Below are positions 32,162-42,691 of a stretch of DNA of 64,000 bases, in pieces. Origin of the DNA: Bdellovibrionales bacterium. Its GTDB lineage: Bacteria > Bdellovibrionota > Bdellovibrionia > Bdellovibrionales > JAUICD01. Position numbers and translations under genes: made by a program. Where the stretch lies: positions 2,272,001-2,336,000 of the forward strand of contig OZ241865.1 of assembly GCA_965203275.1 (NCBI GenBank), in the 5' to 3' direction. The notes below the pieces were generated by a model that saw nothing but the letters and a program-made list of their open reading frames with translations, made no database searches and had not been told where the DNA came from. How positions within the stretch are numbered: position 1 is the stretch's first letter; each line of letters opens with the position of its first letter.

Positions 32162-32671
32162 AATCACTGAAAATCTAATTTTTAAACCCAAATTCTCTAC
32201 CTTTTCAAAGAAATCCAGAGAAACGAACACCTTGTTTCCCTAACATGGTATTAAAAAAAGAAGGGATCCTCCTTACTAAAAGTAAACGGACTTTTGAGGT
32301 AGCCAGCCTTTGATCGACGGCGTGAGCCAAAAGGTGTAAGAAAGAACTTTTTCCTTAACATGAAGTAAAAAGAAACGAAGAGATCCTCCTACTAAAAGTG
32401 GTCAAGCTTTCTAGGTTGCCATTGGTGATGAAGGAATTTTTCCTTAACATCATGTTAAAGGACGAAGAGATCCTTCCCTACTAAAAATAAACGGATTTTT
32501 GAGGCATTGCTCTTTTTGGACAGCGATAGCTGTCAGAGCAATGCCCAAAAACAGCCAGAGGCTGGTTTATTTTTAGTGAAAAAGATAAGAAGGCGACAGC
32601 CTTCGGCTGGCAACCAGAAAGTGACCAGAGGTCAGACCACTTTTAGTGAAACAACCACTTTTAGTGAAACA
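32162..32671 (-). repeat. Family A repeat mosaic including module C
   Basis: 32162-32239 is an inverted copy of 28193-28272; full hairpin ~32480-32580; tandem ACCACTTTTAGTGAAACA at the right edge. Confidence 0.9.
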
Positions 32672-33921
32672 ACTCATCAAACCAACGCCTTAGAGTGCTG
32701 ACAGAAATCTTTGTTTGTTTTGCTACTTCTGCAAAGGCTTTTTCAACTCCCATTTCTTTCTTTTTTTCAATAACTAGAGCAATGGTTTCTTCATGATGTT
32801 CTTGATAAAACAAACGTGTCAAATCGTCGACAGAGAACCCTGTTTTCTCTGCTACCTCTGCAATAGCTTTATCAAATGATTCCAGCTCTTTCTTTCTTTC
32901 AATAACTAGAGCTATGGCTTTACTTTTATATTTATAAAACCAATTCCTCAGAGTTCTGGCATGAATCCCTGTTTGCTCTGCTATTTCTGCAATAGCTTTC
33001 ATAATTCCTATCTTTTTATTTATTTTTTCCATCATTAGAGCAACGCCCTCTGCTTTTTGTTCTTTAGAATAATAATTGCGTTTTTTCTTTTTTGAAAAAT
33101 TCCAAAAAGATCGCTTAGCTTGATCTATCAATGGATAGAGTGTACCTTTAATCTGAGCCGGTGTCTTACCATCAAAATACTCTGATAGAAAATGAAAAAT
33201 AGGCGAATGAGTACCCGAGGAAGCTAAAAAGAAATGTTCTGGAAATGTGGGAATCCGAAAAGTCTTATCATATCGTTTTGTCTTATCTCTAATATTTATG
33301 TACCTGACTGCTTTTTCTGTATTACTAAGTTGTAAAATCCGACCATTTTGACGATGTATGTTTCTGATCTCTTCTTCTTTCTCACGAATAGCTAAATTCC
33401 ATAAACGATCAAATCCTTTGTCATAGCCGATCATTCTCAATGTCGATACAGTTTCATTTACATGTAGAAGAAGCAATCCATCTGACTAGAATTCAAAAGG
33501 CTCTGGGTCGCTACTATTTAAACCTATTTTTTCTAAAAGAAATCCTTGAAAATCCCTTAAAATCCCTAGATTTTCTAAAACAACAAACAATGCACTTTTA
33601 TTTTCACCATCACCATCTATATCCATTAAATTTAAACGATAGATGGCTTCATCGGCTGATTGGATTTTTGTCAAAGCTGCAAAGGACATGATAAATATTT
33701 ACTTTTGGGTTTACGCTATTGTTATGTGTCACTTGAGCAATGATTGAAGCTATCTGGAGCATGTTTTGAGCTTCTGGTGAAAGTTCTCTGAACCTTTGAT
33801 GATCTTTATCCAGAGTGGTAAGTAAAACGCCAGGGCAGTCTTCTTGCGGGAGGGCAAATGCCTCACCAACATTGACTACATTGACTACAAAAAATAAACA
33901 TAAAAAATATTTTTTCATCAT
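32661..33921 (-). pseudogene. Disrupted secreted protein with three C-terminal HTH repeats
   Basis: Three ORF pieces joined by a frameshift near 33690-33698 and an in-frame TAG at 33486-33488; N-terminal signal peptide; AIAEIAEQTGI...TLRNW-type repeats. Confidence 0.7.
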
Positions 33922-34073
33922 AAGTGAGTTATATTATATTTTTCCTCTATTGCAAGTTAAGAGAAGACATATTTGTAAAAAAAACATGTTTGTAAAAAAG
34001 ATATGCCCTTTGCAAGGGTTTATATAAATAAATTACACGGCATTTGACAATTGATTCTTGATTTGGTTTTCCC

Positions 34074-34496
34074 TCCGGGATCCGGGATCCGGCATCAGAA
34101 AGATTTGTTTCCTTAACATCGTGTAAAGAGACGAGAGGATCCTTCCTACTAAAAGTAAACGGACTTTTGAGACATTGCTCTTTTTGGACAGCGTAAGCTG
34201 TCAGAGCAATGTCCAAAAGTAGCCAGAGGCTAGTTTACTTTTAGTGCAAATCAAATGAGGCAATGACCATTTTGTCAACGTGAAGTAAACATCTTGTTTC
34301 CTTAACATCGTGTAAAGAGACAAGAGGATTCTTCCTACTAAAAATAAACGGATTTTTGAGGCAATCAGCCTTTGATCGACGGCGACAGCCGTCGGGCTGA
34401 TTGCCCAAAAAGAGCCAGAGGCTGGTTTATTTTTAGTGAAACAAACGCGGTCATTGTCCAAAAACATGCCAGAGGCATGATGCATTTTGAGTGAAA
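34074..34496 (-). repeat. Family A repeat cluster
   Basis: Heptamer array, B palindromes, full hairpins at ~34148-34247 and ~34337-34441. Confidence 0.9.
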
Positions 34497-34509
34497 GTAA
34501 CAAGCAAAG

Positions 34510-35646
34510 TTAGCTGGAAATGAGCTGATCAAAATAATGAAAGACGGCAGGTGTTGCCCAATTTTCTGTAGAAGCAACCTTTTTAATGAGTTTATGTTCT
34601 CTATTTAAAATATAACTTTCTGGTAATCTCCAAGTTCCCCAACTTTCTGCAATTTGCTTATTTCCATGCAGAATAATAAAATCAGAGGAGTCCATTTCAA
34701 AAGCCTTCATAAAATGAATGATATCTGATTTGTTTTCATCCATAGATATTGCTAAAATTTTTACCTGCCCTTGAAATTTATCCACAAGCTTCAACATAGA
34801 ATCTATCTCTTCTATACAGGGGGAACACCATGTTGCCCAAAAATTTACAATAGTGATAGTCCCTCTCAAATCAGACAAGGACACCAAACGATCATCATCT
34901 GCTATAACAGAAGGTAAACTGAAATTCGATGCCCCTACTTCTTCTAATTGAGATAAAATATTCTGATCTTGAGTGACTGCTTGATCCTTATAACCAACAC
35001 AGTTGCGTGCAACAAAAGCAATAGTTGCCAATAAAACAATCAGAATAAAGGCTATTAAAAGGCCCTTTGTCTTTGGAGTTAAGAAAGACTTTAATCGAGA
35101 CCATAAAGATGGCTTTGTGATCACCTGAGCCTTTACAGGAGTCTTATCTTCTGGCGTTTGATCAGGAGGAAGAGCCTTACCCTTGCTTTCTGGTTGCACT
35201 GGAGGTTTTGCCTTTTTAGCTGGTTTCAACTTGACGACCTCTTTCTGCATGAGCTTGATTCTATCTTCCTTACTTAAAATCAAACCAGGCTCAACCCATT
35301 CAATCAAAGCCATATTGGCATTGTCTCCCATACGACAACCAGACTTAATAATACGTGTATAACCTCCTTTGCGATCCACAAACTGAGGAGCTAAACGATT
35401 AAAAACATCTGCAATGAGTTTCTTGTTAGGATACCTAGCTAAGAGTAACCTTCGTTCATGCAAACCACCTTTCTTAGCTAGAGTGATAAGCTTTTCTGCA
35501 TGTCTTCTGAGTTCTTTGGCCTTCGCTAAAGTAGTTGTGATACGTCCATATTGAATCAAATCAAAGACTAAGTTCCTTAATAAAGACTTCTTATGATTAT
35601 CACTACGGCCAAAACTCTTGCGTTGGACTTTGACTCTATGTCTCAT
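34510..35646 (-). CDS. rplQ: 50S protein L17 fused to a TM helix and a TlpA/ResA-like thioredoxin
   Basis: aa 1-118 L17 (MRHR..., ITTTLAKAKELR, RKGGYTRIIK); Pro/Lys linker; hydrophobic LLIAFILIVLLATIAFVA; NFWATWCSPC...LPESYILNR. Confidence 0.9.
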   Translation of the reverse strand: MRHRVKVQRKSFGRSDNHKKSLLRNLVFDLIQYGRITTTLAKAKELRRHAEKLITLAKKGGLHERRLLLARYPNKKLIADVFNRLAPQFVDRKGGYTRIIKSGCRMGDNANMALIEWVEPGLILSKEDRIKLMQKEVVKLKPAKKAKPPVQPESKGKALPPDQTPEDKTPVKAQVITKPSLWSRLKSFLTPKTKGLLIAFILIVLLATIAFVARNCVGYKDQAVTQDQNILSQLEEVGASNFSLPSVIADDDRLVSLSDLRGTITIVNFWATWCSPCIEEIDSMLKLVDKFQGQVKILAISMDENKSDIIHFMKAFEMDSSDFIILHGNKQIAESWGTWRLPESYILNREHKLIKKVASTENWATPAVFHYFDQLISS

Positions 35647-35667
35647 AAACTTACCTTTATAAATGCT

Positions 35668-37290
35668 CTAATTACTTTGGCCTGTTGATCCCCCACCTTT
35701 CTGATCAGTGGGATCATGTTGATCTGTTGCAGGGTCATAACCATCAGAATGTTCTACAGATCCTTGATCTGTTGGATCTGTTGTGTATCCAGTGGCTCCC
35801 CCTTGACCATATCCACCTTGTCCACCCTGTTGACCATATCCACCTTGTCCACCCTGTTGACCATATCCACCTTGTCCACCTTGTTGACCATATCCACCTT
35901 GTCCACCCTGTTGACCATATCCACCTTGTCCACCTTGTCCTTGACCATGTCCACCCTGCCTTGGATGTCTATATGAAGGATCCTGTCCTCCTTGTTGATT
36001 ATAAGGATCTTGTTGTCCGTACCCACCTTGTCCAGTAGAGGATCTGTACGGATGACCCTCTTGTTGACCATACCCTTCTTGTGCTGGAGCTTCTCCCCCA
36101 TAACCACCTTGTTGCATTGCTCCATATCCACCACCCTGCCCTTGACCATGTCCTCCTACTGGCCCGCCTTCATAAGGTGGCCCAGCAGGTCCACCAGGTC
36201 CAGCAGGTCCACCAGGTCCAGCAGGTCCACCAGAGCCTTGTTGCTGATATCCTGCCCTCATAGCCATGTTTTCATTGTTGTTATCCATCATTTCAATAGA
36301 AGAAGGAGGCCATCCATCAACTCTCATCCCTAAACTCAAATTCATACTTGTAAGTATTTCTTTAATTTCATTTAAGGACTTCCTTCCAAAGTTTTTTGTT
36401 TTGAGCATATCAGCTTCTGTCTTTGTAACAAGCTCTCCAATATAACGAATATTTGCATTTTTTAAACAGTTAGCACTTCTAACTGATAACTCCAAGTCAT
36501 CCACAGATCGAAATAAATTATCATTCAGTTGTGGCATAGCAGCTTCTTTTGCTACCTCTTGTACTTCTACAACTTCATCAAAATTAATAAAGACTTGAAC
36601 TTGCTCTTTGATAATCTTAGCAGCTAGAGTACATGCCTCATCTGGCTTTAAAGATTCATCTGTCCAGATTTCTAAGACAAGTCGATCATAGTCTGTTCTC
36701 TGTCCCACACGAGCATTCCCTACATGGTAATTGACTTTTCGAACAGGACTATACAAACTATCTACAGCAATAAAATCTACTGGTAAATCAGTCTTTTGAT
36801 CAGAATAAAGCACATAACCTCTACCAAACCGGCATATAATTTCAGCATGAAATTTACCATTTTCTCCTAGTGTACATATATGCTGATGAGGATTGATCAC
36901 AGAGATTTTATCATTGACCTGAATATCAGCTGCTGTCACTGGACCTTGCCCTTCTTTAACGATTGTGAGAGTGACAGGCTCTGGAGTAAACTGACGAAAA
37001 CGTACTTCTTTAAGGTTTAAAATAATATCAGTCACATCCTCTAACACATCAGGAATAGTCGTAAACTCATGGAGTACCCCTTCAAAACGCACGGCAGCCA
37101 CTGCCGACCCCATCATAGAACTGAGCAAAACTCTCCGAAGGGAGTTGCCTAAAGTTGTCCCATAACCCCTCTCTAAAGGTGCAATGGTAAACTTCCCATA
37201 ACCATCTGTTAAAGAGTCTTGATCTATGTCAAAAGACTTAGGCTTAATTAGCTTTTGCCAAAATTGATTGTAATGCTTTTGAATTTCCAT
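35668..37290 (-). CDS. rpoA: RNA polymerase alpha subunit with a long Gly/Gln-rich C-terminal tail
   Basis: [44 protein letters not shown]; ~210 extra aa after GWPP. Confidence 0.96.
   Translation of the reverse strand: MEIQKHYNQFWQKLIKPKSFDIDQDSLTDGYGKFTIAPLERGYGTTLGNSLRRVLLSSMMGSAVAAVRFEGVLHEFTTIPDVLEDVTDIILNLKEVRFRQFTPEPVTLTIVKEGQGPVTAADIQVNDKISVINPHQHICTLGENGKFHAEIICRFGRGYVLYSDQKTDLPVDFIAVDSLYSPVRKVNYHVGNARVGQRTDYDRLVLEIWTDESLKPDEACTLAAKIIKEQVQVFINFDEVVEVQEVAKEAAMPQLNDNLFRSVDDLELSVRSANCLKNANIRYIGELVTKTEADMLKTKNFGRKSLNEIKEILTSMNLSLGMRVDGWPPSSIEMMDNNNENMAMRAGYQQQGSGGPAGPGGPAGPGGPAGPPYEGGPVGGHGQGQGGGYGAMQQGGYGGEAPAQEGYGQQEGHPYRSSTGQGGYGQQDPYNQQGGQDPSYRHPRQGGHGQGQGGQGGYGQQGGQGGYGQQGGQGGYGQQGGQGGYGQQGGQGGYGQGGATGYTTDPTDQGSVEHSDGYDPATDQHDPTDQKGGGSTGQSN
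35803..35940 (-). repeat. 27-nt coding tandem repeat (QGGQGGYGQ) x~5 in rpoA
   Basis: ttgaccatatccaccttgtccaccctg repeated; also an 18-nt GPAGPG repeat x3 at ~36179-36232. Confidence 0.9.
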
Positions 37291-37436
37291 TGATTTATCT
37301 CCTTTTGTTGTCAGTATTTTGTTGTCACCATTTTGTTGTCACTCATTGTTGTTAGTTAAAATGACAGTTTATAATAAAATCTAATGATTAATCTTAATCA
37401 ATTTTTATATTTATTACCCTTTTACCTAGAATATTT

Positions 37437-38063
37437 TTACCTAGAATAAAATTCTACAATCATATTTTCTTCTACCGATAAAGTAATTTGGTTTCTCGCA
37501 GGTAAGCTATTAACTTTGCCTTTAAAGTTTTTATGTTCTGCTAATAGCCAATTAGGTATTTCACGTTTTTGTGAGAGTTCTATTGCTGTTACAATTTTAG
37601 TCTTATCACGACTTTTTTCTCGTACCTCTAAAATATCTCCCACACTTAATAAATAGCTTGGAATATTTACACGTTTTGCATTCACTAAAAAATGATTATG
37701 TCGAATCATTTGCTTAGCTTCTCTCCGACTAGCGGCATAGCCTAAGCTGTAAACTACATTATCTAATCTCATCTCTAACTGCCTTAAAAAATTCAAGCCT
37801 GTATCACCTTTCATTCTGTTTGCATTATAATAATATATCCTAAATTGCCGTTCAAACACCCCGTAATATCTACGTGCTTTTTGTTTCTCTCGAAGTTGTA
37901 ACGAAAATTCAGAAAATTTTAATCTCTTTTGTCCAGCTTGGCCAGGAGGATAAGAACGTCTTTCATATCCACATTTATCTGTATGACAGCGTGTTCCTTT
38001 AAGGTAAAGCTTCTGCCCTTCTCTCCGGCAAAGCCTGCACACACTCTCCATAATCTTACTCAT
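37437..38063 (-). CDS. rpsD: 30S protein S4
   Basis: CRLCRREG, QLREKQK, LEMRLDNVV, IVEFYSR. Confidence 0.97.
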   Translation of the reverse strand: MSKIMESVCRLCRREGQKLYLKGTRCHTDKCGYERRSYPPGQAGQKRLKFSEFSLQLREKQKARRYYGVFERQFRIYYYNANRMKGDTGLNFLRQLEMRLDNVVYSLGYAASRREAKQMIRHNHFLVNAKRVNIPSYLLSVGDILEVREKSRDKTKIVTAIELSQKREIPNWLLAEHKNFKGKVNSLPARNQITLSVEENMIVEFYSR

Positions 38064-38095
38064 TTTTATTTCTCCATTACTTAAATCATCAATCA

Positions 38096-38485
38096 TTAAA
38101 CCCGTCTACGCTTAGGCGGACGACATCCATTGTGAGGCACAGGTGTCACATCTCGGAAGCTCATTACTTTTAATCCTAAATTAGCAATAGATCGCACAGC
38201 CGGCTCCCGTCCTGCCCCTGGACCCTTCACTATAATATCTACTGACTGCATGCCACGATCCATAGCTAATTTAATAGCATCTTCAGCAGCCATTTGAGCA
38301 GCAAAGGCTGTTCCCTTACGACTTCCTTTAAACCCTAACTTACCTGCACTTGACCAACAAACTGTCCCACCATCTGGATTGGTCACAGTGATTATAGTGT
38401 TGGAAAAACCAGATTGAATATAAACCTTTCCAATAGGTATTGCTACTTTTTTAGCTTTTTTCTTATGTACTGCTTTACTAGCCAT
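38096..38485 (-). CDS. rpsK: 30S protein S11
   Basis: [25 protein letters not shown]. Confidence 0.97.
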   Translation of the reverse strand: MASKAVHKKKAKKVAIPIGKVYIQSGFSNTIITVTNPDGGTVCWSSAGKLGFKGSRKGTAFAAQMAAEDAIKLAMDRGMQSVDIIVKGPGAGREPAVRSIANLGLKVMSFRDVTPVPHNGCRPPKRRRV

Positions 38486-38496
38486 AACTTACCTGA

Positions 38497-38874
38497 TTAT
38501 TTTGTTGCCTGTTTTTTATTTGCGACAGTCTTTTTAGGACCCTTACGAGTTCTACAGTTAGTTCTTGTATTTTGACCTCTCACAGGCATTCCTTGTTTAT
38601 GACGTATACCTCGATAACAATTTAAGTCCATTAAACGTTTTTTAGCCATAGAAGTTTCACGCCTTAAATCCCCTTCAACTTTATAGGAATCTTGAAGTAA
38701 ATCTCTAATCTTAGCCACATCATGATCTGTTAAGTCTTCTGTACGAAATGAAGGCTTAAAATTAAGCTGACGGCATATCTTTTCAGATGTCTTTCTACCT
38801 ATTCCATATAAATAAGTCAATGCTACGACAATTCTTTTATTTTTAGGTAAGTCCACACCACTCACTCTAGCCAT
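38497..38874 (-). CDS. rpsM: 30S protein S13
   Basis: [23 protein letters not shown]. Confidence 0.97.
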   Translation of the reverse strand: MARVSGVDLPKNKRIVVALTYLYGIGRKTSEKICRQLNFKPSFRTEDLTDHDVAKIRDLLQDSYKVEGDLRRETSMAKKRLMDLNCYRGIRHKQGMPVRGQNTRTNCRTRKGPKKTVANKKQATK

Positions 38875-38883
38875 ATTTTCTAC

Positions 38884-38997
38884 CTACCCTTGTCTTTGTT
38901 TATGTTTAGGGTTTTCACAAATGACTCGGATCACACCCGATCTTTTAATGATTTTACACTTATTGCATATTTTTTTGACAGAAGGTCTTACTTTCAT
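38884..38997 (-). CDS. rpmJ: 50S protein L36
   Basis: My translation (not in the ORF track): [37 protein letters not shown]. Confidence 0.97.
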   Translation of the reverse strand: MKVRPSVKKICNKCKIIKRSGVIRVICENPKHKQRQG

Positions 38998-39114
38998 TGT
39001 ATATCCCTTTCATTTATTTTTTTCTGCTTTTCATTTAAAAATGATTTAAAAATATTAAGCCTTCGTTACTTTAACAAAATATTAAAGGAAAAGTCAAATA
39101 ACAAACATCATTCC

Positions 39115-39762
39115 TTAATCACCTTTGTTAAAAAATGACTCAATTTGAGTAAATACCTCGTCTTCACTCCCTTGTCCATCAATTTCCAGCAAAATGCCCT
39201 TTTCTTTATAATAAGCAATCAAAGGAACTGTATTTTGAGCATACACATCTAATCGTGTTTTGACAACTGATTCGCTATCATCAGCCCTCTGAAAAAGCTC
39301 TCCTCCACAATAACGACAGCGTTTAGAGTCCGGAGAATTTATATCAAAATGGAAAATACTCTTGCACTTCTTACAAATACGACGACTTGTAAGTCTTTCA
39401 ATCAATACATTTTGAGGAGTCGTTAAAAAAATGGCTTTTTCTAATTGAATATGCTTTTTTTCAAGCAAATCAGATAAACCCTCTGCCTGTCTAATAGTAC
39501 GAGGGAAGCCATCTAAAACAAACCCTTTAGATAAGTCTAAATGGTCAAAAACATCATAAAATAACTCTAAAACAATAGGGTCAGGGACATATTGTCCTAC
39601 ATTAATATAGCCCCTAGCTTTTTGACTCCATGGAGATTGCTCTTTGAGATGCTTACGAAATAAATCTCCTGTCGAAATATGATGTATACCATATTTTTTT
39701 TTTAATCTTGCAGATTGTGTGCCTTTACCTGCACCGGGTGGGCCAAATAATAATATATTCAA
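39115..39762 (-). CDS. adk: Adenylate kinase
   Basis: GPPGAGKGT, STGDLFR, LDGFPRT, zinc lid CKKC...CRYC. Confidence 0.96.
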   Translation of the reverse strand: MNILLFGPPGAGKGTQSARLKKKYGIHHISTGDLFRKHLKEQSPWSQKARGYINVGQYVPDPIVLELFYDVFDHLDLSKGFVLDGFPRTIRQAEGLSDLLEKKHIQLEKAIFLTTPQNVLIERLTSRRICKKCKSIFHFDINSPDSKRCRYCGGELFQRADDSESVVKTRLDVYAQNTVPLIAYYKEKGILLEIDGQGSEDEVFTQIESFFNKGD

Positions 39763-39776
39763 TATTACATCCTTGC

Positions 39777-41093
39777 TTAATATTGTACTCTTCTACTTTT
39801 AATCTTGTATCCTTTGACAAAGCCATCATATTGGATATTTAAAAGGTGAGATTGCACCTGTTGCATAAAATCCAGGGCCACACCTACTAAAATTAACAAG
39901 CTTGTTCCTCCAAAAAAGAATGGCACTCTAGCTTGCTCCATTAAAAAGCCTGGCAAAATACACACAGCACTTAAATAAATAGCTCCTACTGTATTAATGC
40001 GGTTGAGAACCCTTTGGATATATTCCGAAGTGTGTTGACCTGCTCGAATCCCTGGAATAAAACCCCCATGCTTTTTTAAATTTTCTGCCACGTCATCAGG
40101 CTTAAATACAATTTCTGCATAGAAAAAGCAAAAGAAAATAATTAAAGTCACAAATAAAATATTGTAAATAGCTCCTGTAGGCTGAAAAGAATCTCTCAAA
40201 CTTGCTAACCACTGGCTACTTGTAAATTGAGCTAGGGTAGCAGGCAACATCAATAGACTACTGGCAAAAATAGGAGGAATAACTCCTGAAAAATTAATTT
40301 TAAGAGGCAAATGTGTACTTTGAGTAGCTCCCATACGGCTAGCTCTCTGTGAATACTGAATAGTGATGCGTCTTTGAGCAACCTCCATCCAAATAATATA
40401 AGCAATCACCCCTAACATAAATATCAAAAGCAATAATACAAATAAAGAACTCATCTGACCTTGCCTGATCATGCTGATCATACTGGTGGTAGCACTTGGC
40501 ATACCTGCTGCAATCCCTGCAAAAATAATCAAAGAAGCTCCATTGCCAATGCCTCTTTCTGTGATTTGCTCACCTAACCACATAATAAAACAAGTGCCAG
40601 CTGTGAGAGTAATAATGGTCATTAATTCAAAAGGAATAATTCCTACATAAGGGGAATTGACCAATGGCACTCCTGCTGCTGTCGTGGAGTTTTTTAAGAA
40701 GGTACTCATGCCATAACCTTGGATAATAGCTAAGATCACAGTACCATAACGTGTGTATTGATTGATTTTCTTCTGGCCTTGTTGGCCTTCTTTTTTAAGT
40801 TGTTCTAAGTAAGGAACTGTTGCCCCTAAAAGTTGAAAAATAATCGAACTAGAAATATAAGGCATAATCCCAAGGGCAAAAACAGAAAACTGCTCTAATG
40901 CCCCACCAGTAAAGGTATTAAATAAACCAAAGATACCATCGCTTTGAGCTACAAAGAATTCTTGAACTGCGTCATTATCAACGCCAGGTGCTGGTACATG
41001 AACACCAATCCTGTAGATCACTAAAATCCATAGCGTAAAAAGCAGGCGGTTTCTCAAAGCCTCATTTTTAATTAATCCTTCTACGGCCGACAT
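39777..41093 (-). CDS. secY: Preprotein translocase SecY
   Basis: FALGIMPYISSSII, WLGEQITERGIGNG, GVIPPIFASS, GGFIPGIRAG. Confidence 0.98.
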   Translation of the reverse strand: MSAVEGLIKNEALRNRLLFTLWILVIYRIGVHVPAPGVDNDAVQEFFVAQSDGIFGLFNTFTGGALEQFSVFALGIMPYISSSIIFQLLGATVPYLEQLKKEGQQGQKKINQYTRYGTVILAIIQGYGMSTFLKNSTTAAGVPLVNSPYVGIIPFELMTIITLTAGTCFIMWLGEQITERGIGNGASLIIFAGIAAGMPSATTSMISMIRQGQMSSLFVLLLLIFMLGVIAYIIWMEVAQRRITIQYSQRASRMGATQSTHLPLKINFSGVIPPIFASSLLMLPATLAQFTSSQWLASLRDSFQPTGAIYNILFVTLIIFFCFFYAEIVFKPDDVAENLKKHGGFIPGIRAGQHTSEYIQRVLNRINTVGAIYLSAVCILPGFLMEQARVPFFFGGTSLLILVGVALDFMQQVQSHLLNIQYDGFVKGYKIKSRRVQY

Positions 41094-41135
41094 AGCTCTC
41101 CTTGCCTCAAAAATATGTTATTTTCTTTCACTTAT

Positions 41136-41615
41136 TTATGAATTTATAATTTCTATTTTACCACCTGCTTTTTCAATAGCTACTCTTGCAGATCGACTTA
41201 AGGCATGCACCTTAGCATGAAAAGCCTGTTGAACAGGTTGCAAACCACAGAGAATTTTAATAGGTTTATTTTGTTTTCGAATAAGTCCAAATTTTTGCAA
41301 AACATCAGGGGTGATCTGGTAAATGCCTTGCTCATTTTTATCTAAAGATTGATGTGGTAATTTGATGATGCGATCTAAAGATACAATATGAAACTTCACT
41401 TTGTTCAAAGGAGTAAAGCCAAACTTAGGTAACCTTTGCCATAGAGGCATTTGACCGCCCTCAAAAGTAGCCCTTTGTTTGCTACCAGAGCGAGCTTTCT
41501 GCCCCTTATAACCTCTAGCTGCCGTTGTCCCCCATCCAGAGCTATTCCCACGGCCTATGCGTTTTTTACTAGATGTAGATTTTAGAATGGGTTTGAGTTC
41601 TGAAAGCAACGACAT
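41136..41615 (-). CDS. rplO: 50S protein L15
   Basis: RIGRGNSSGWG, GQKARSG, FEGGQMPL. Confidence 0.96.
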   Translation of the reverse strand: MSLLSELKPILKSTSSKKRIGRGNSSGWGTTAARGYKGQKARSGSKQRATFEGGQMPLWQRLPKFGFTPLNKVKFHIVSLDRIIKLPHQSLDKNEQGIYQITPDVLQKFGLIRKQNKPIKILCGLQPVQQAFHAKVHALSRSARVAIEKAGGKIEIINS

Positions 41616-41624
41616 TTTTATCCT

Positions 41625-41825
41625 TTATTTGTTATTTGTTTGTACCTGTACATCTAAAAGATGTTGCATTTTAAATATTTTCCCCTTCACAGAAGGGCTA
41701 TCTGCAAAAACTTTTTCTGAACCAATTTTCTTCAAACCTAAGCATCTAATAGTTTCTTTTTGTCTCTTAGTACAACCAATTGTGCTTTTTTTGAGTCTGA
41801 CTTTAAAAAATTTTATATCTGCCAT
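41625..41825 (-). CDS. rpmD: 50S protein L30
   Basis: KSTIG...LGLKKIG; lies between rpsE and rplO. Confidence 0.93.
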   Translation of the reverse strand: MADIKFFKVRLKKSTIGCTKRQKETIRCLGLKKIGSEKVFADSPSVKGKIFKMQHLLDVQVQTNNK

Positions 41826-41836
41826 AATATTATTCC

Positions 41837-42310
41837 CTATATGCCACGTTCTGCTTTGACAATACTATCTGTTTTGAGTTGTTGAAGCCCTTGAAATGTA
41901 GCACGAACAGCTGTATGAGAATTCCTAGTACCAACACATTTTGTGAGGATGTTTTTTATACCCGCTACTTCTAATACAGATCGTACAGCACCTCCTGCAA
42001 TCACACCAGTTCCTGACATTGCAGGGAACATAATGATCTTACCTACACCGTATTTGCCAATCACTTCATGCGGGATAGTGCCTTTTTCAATAATGATTTT
42101 AGAGATGTTGTTTTTAGCAGCTCGACCTGCTTTGCCAATAGCTATAGGTACTTCATTGGCTTTGCCAAGACCAAAACCTATCTCGCCGTTTTTATTGCCT
42201 ATAACCACTAAAGCCGAAAAAGAAAACCTTCGTCCACCTTTCACAACCTTAGCTACTCGATTGACACTCACAACTCGCTCTTCAAACTCTTGCATTGTTT
42301 CTTCTTCCAC
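41837..42310 (-). CDS. rpsE: 30S protein S5
   Basis: [32 protein letters not shown] 42310 after GGGAG chosen as start. Confidence 0.95.
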   Translation of the reverse strand: MEEETMQEFEERVVSVNRVAKVVKGGRRFSFSALVVIGNKNGEIGFGLGKANEVPIAIGKAGRAAKNNISKIIIEKGTIPHEVIGKYGVGKIIMFPAMSGTGVIAGGAVRSVLEVAGIKNILTKCVGTRNSHTAVRATFQGLQQLKTDSIVKAERGI

Positions 42311-42322
42311 AAACACTCCCAA

Positions 42323-42691
42323 TTCGTTCGTTCTTGGGTAAGTCGCAAGGCGACTTACCTGTCATCCCTCTGTGTTCCTTCGTTCATCATCGTCACATAG
42401 GACCCTTACTTAGACTGCTCATTCATTTGTTTGTTGGGCAATCCGCAAGGCGGCTTGCCTGTCATTCCTCTGTGTTCCTTCGCTTATCATCGTCATATAG
42501 AACCCTTACTTAGACTGCTCATTCATTCTACTATTCGTTCGTTCTTGGGTAAGTCGCAAGGCGGCTTGCCTGTCATTCTCCTGTGTTCCTTCGTTCATCA
42601 TCGTCACATAGGACCCTTACTTAGACTGCTCATTTTGTGTTCCTTCGTTCATCATCGTCATATAGGACCTTTGCTCATTCTCATTTCATTT
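42323..42691. repeat. Family B tandem repeat (~100-nt units)
   Basis: Units GTTCTTGGGCAATCCGCAAGGCGGCTTGCCTGTCATT...CCTTCGTTCATCATCGTCACATAGGACCCTTRCTTAGACTGCTCATT, about 3.5 copies. Confidence 0.9.

Noticed and set aside
32661..33110. IS3-family transposase
   Set aside because: Only HTH repeats are present; there is no DDE domain or IS3-type terminal inverted repeats.
35685..36333. Five ORFs overlapping the rpoA tail
   Set aside because: Shadow frames of the 27- and 18-nt repeats.
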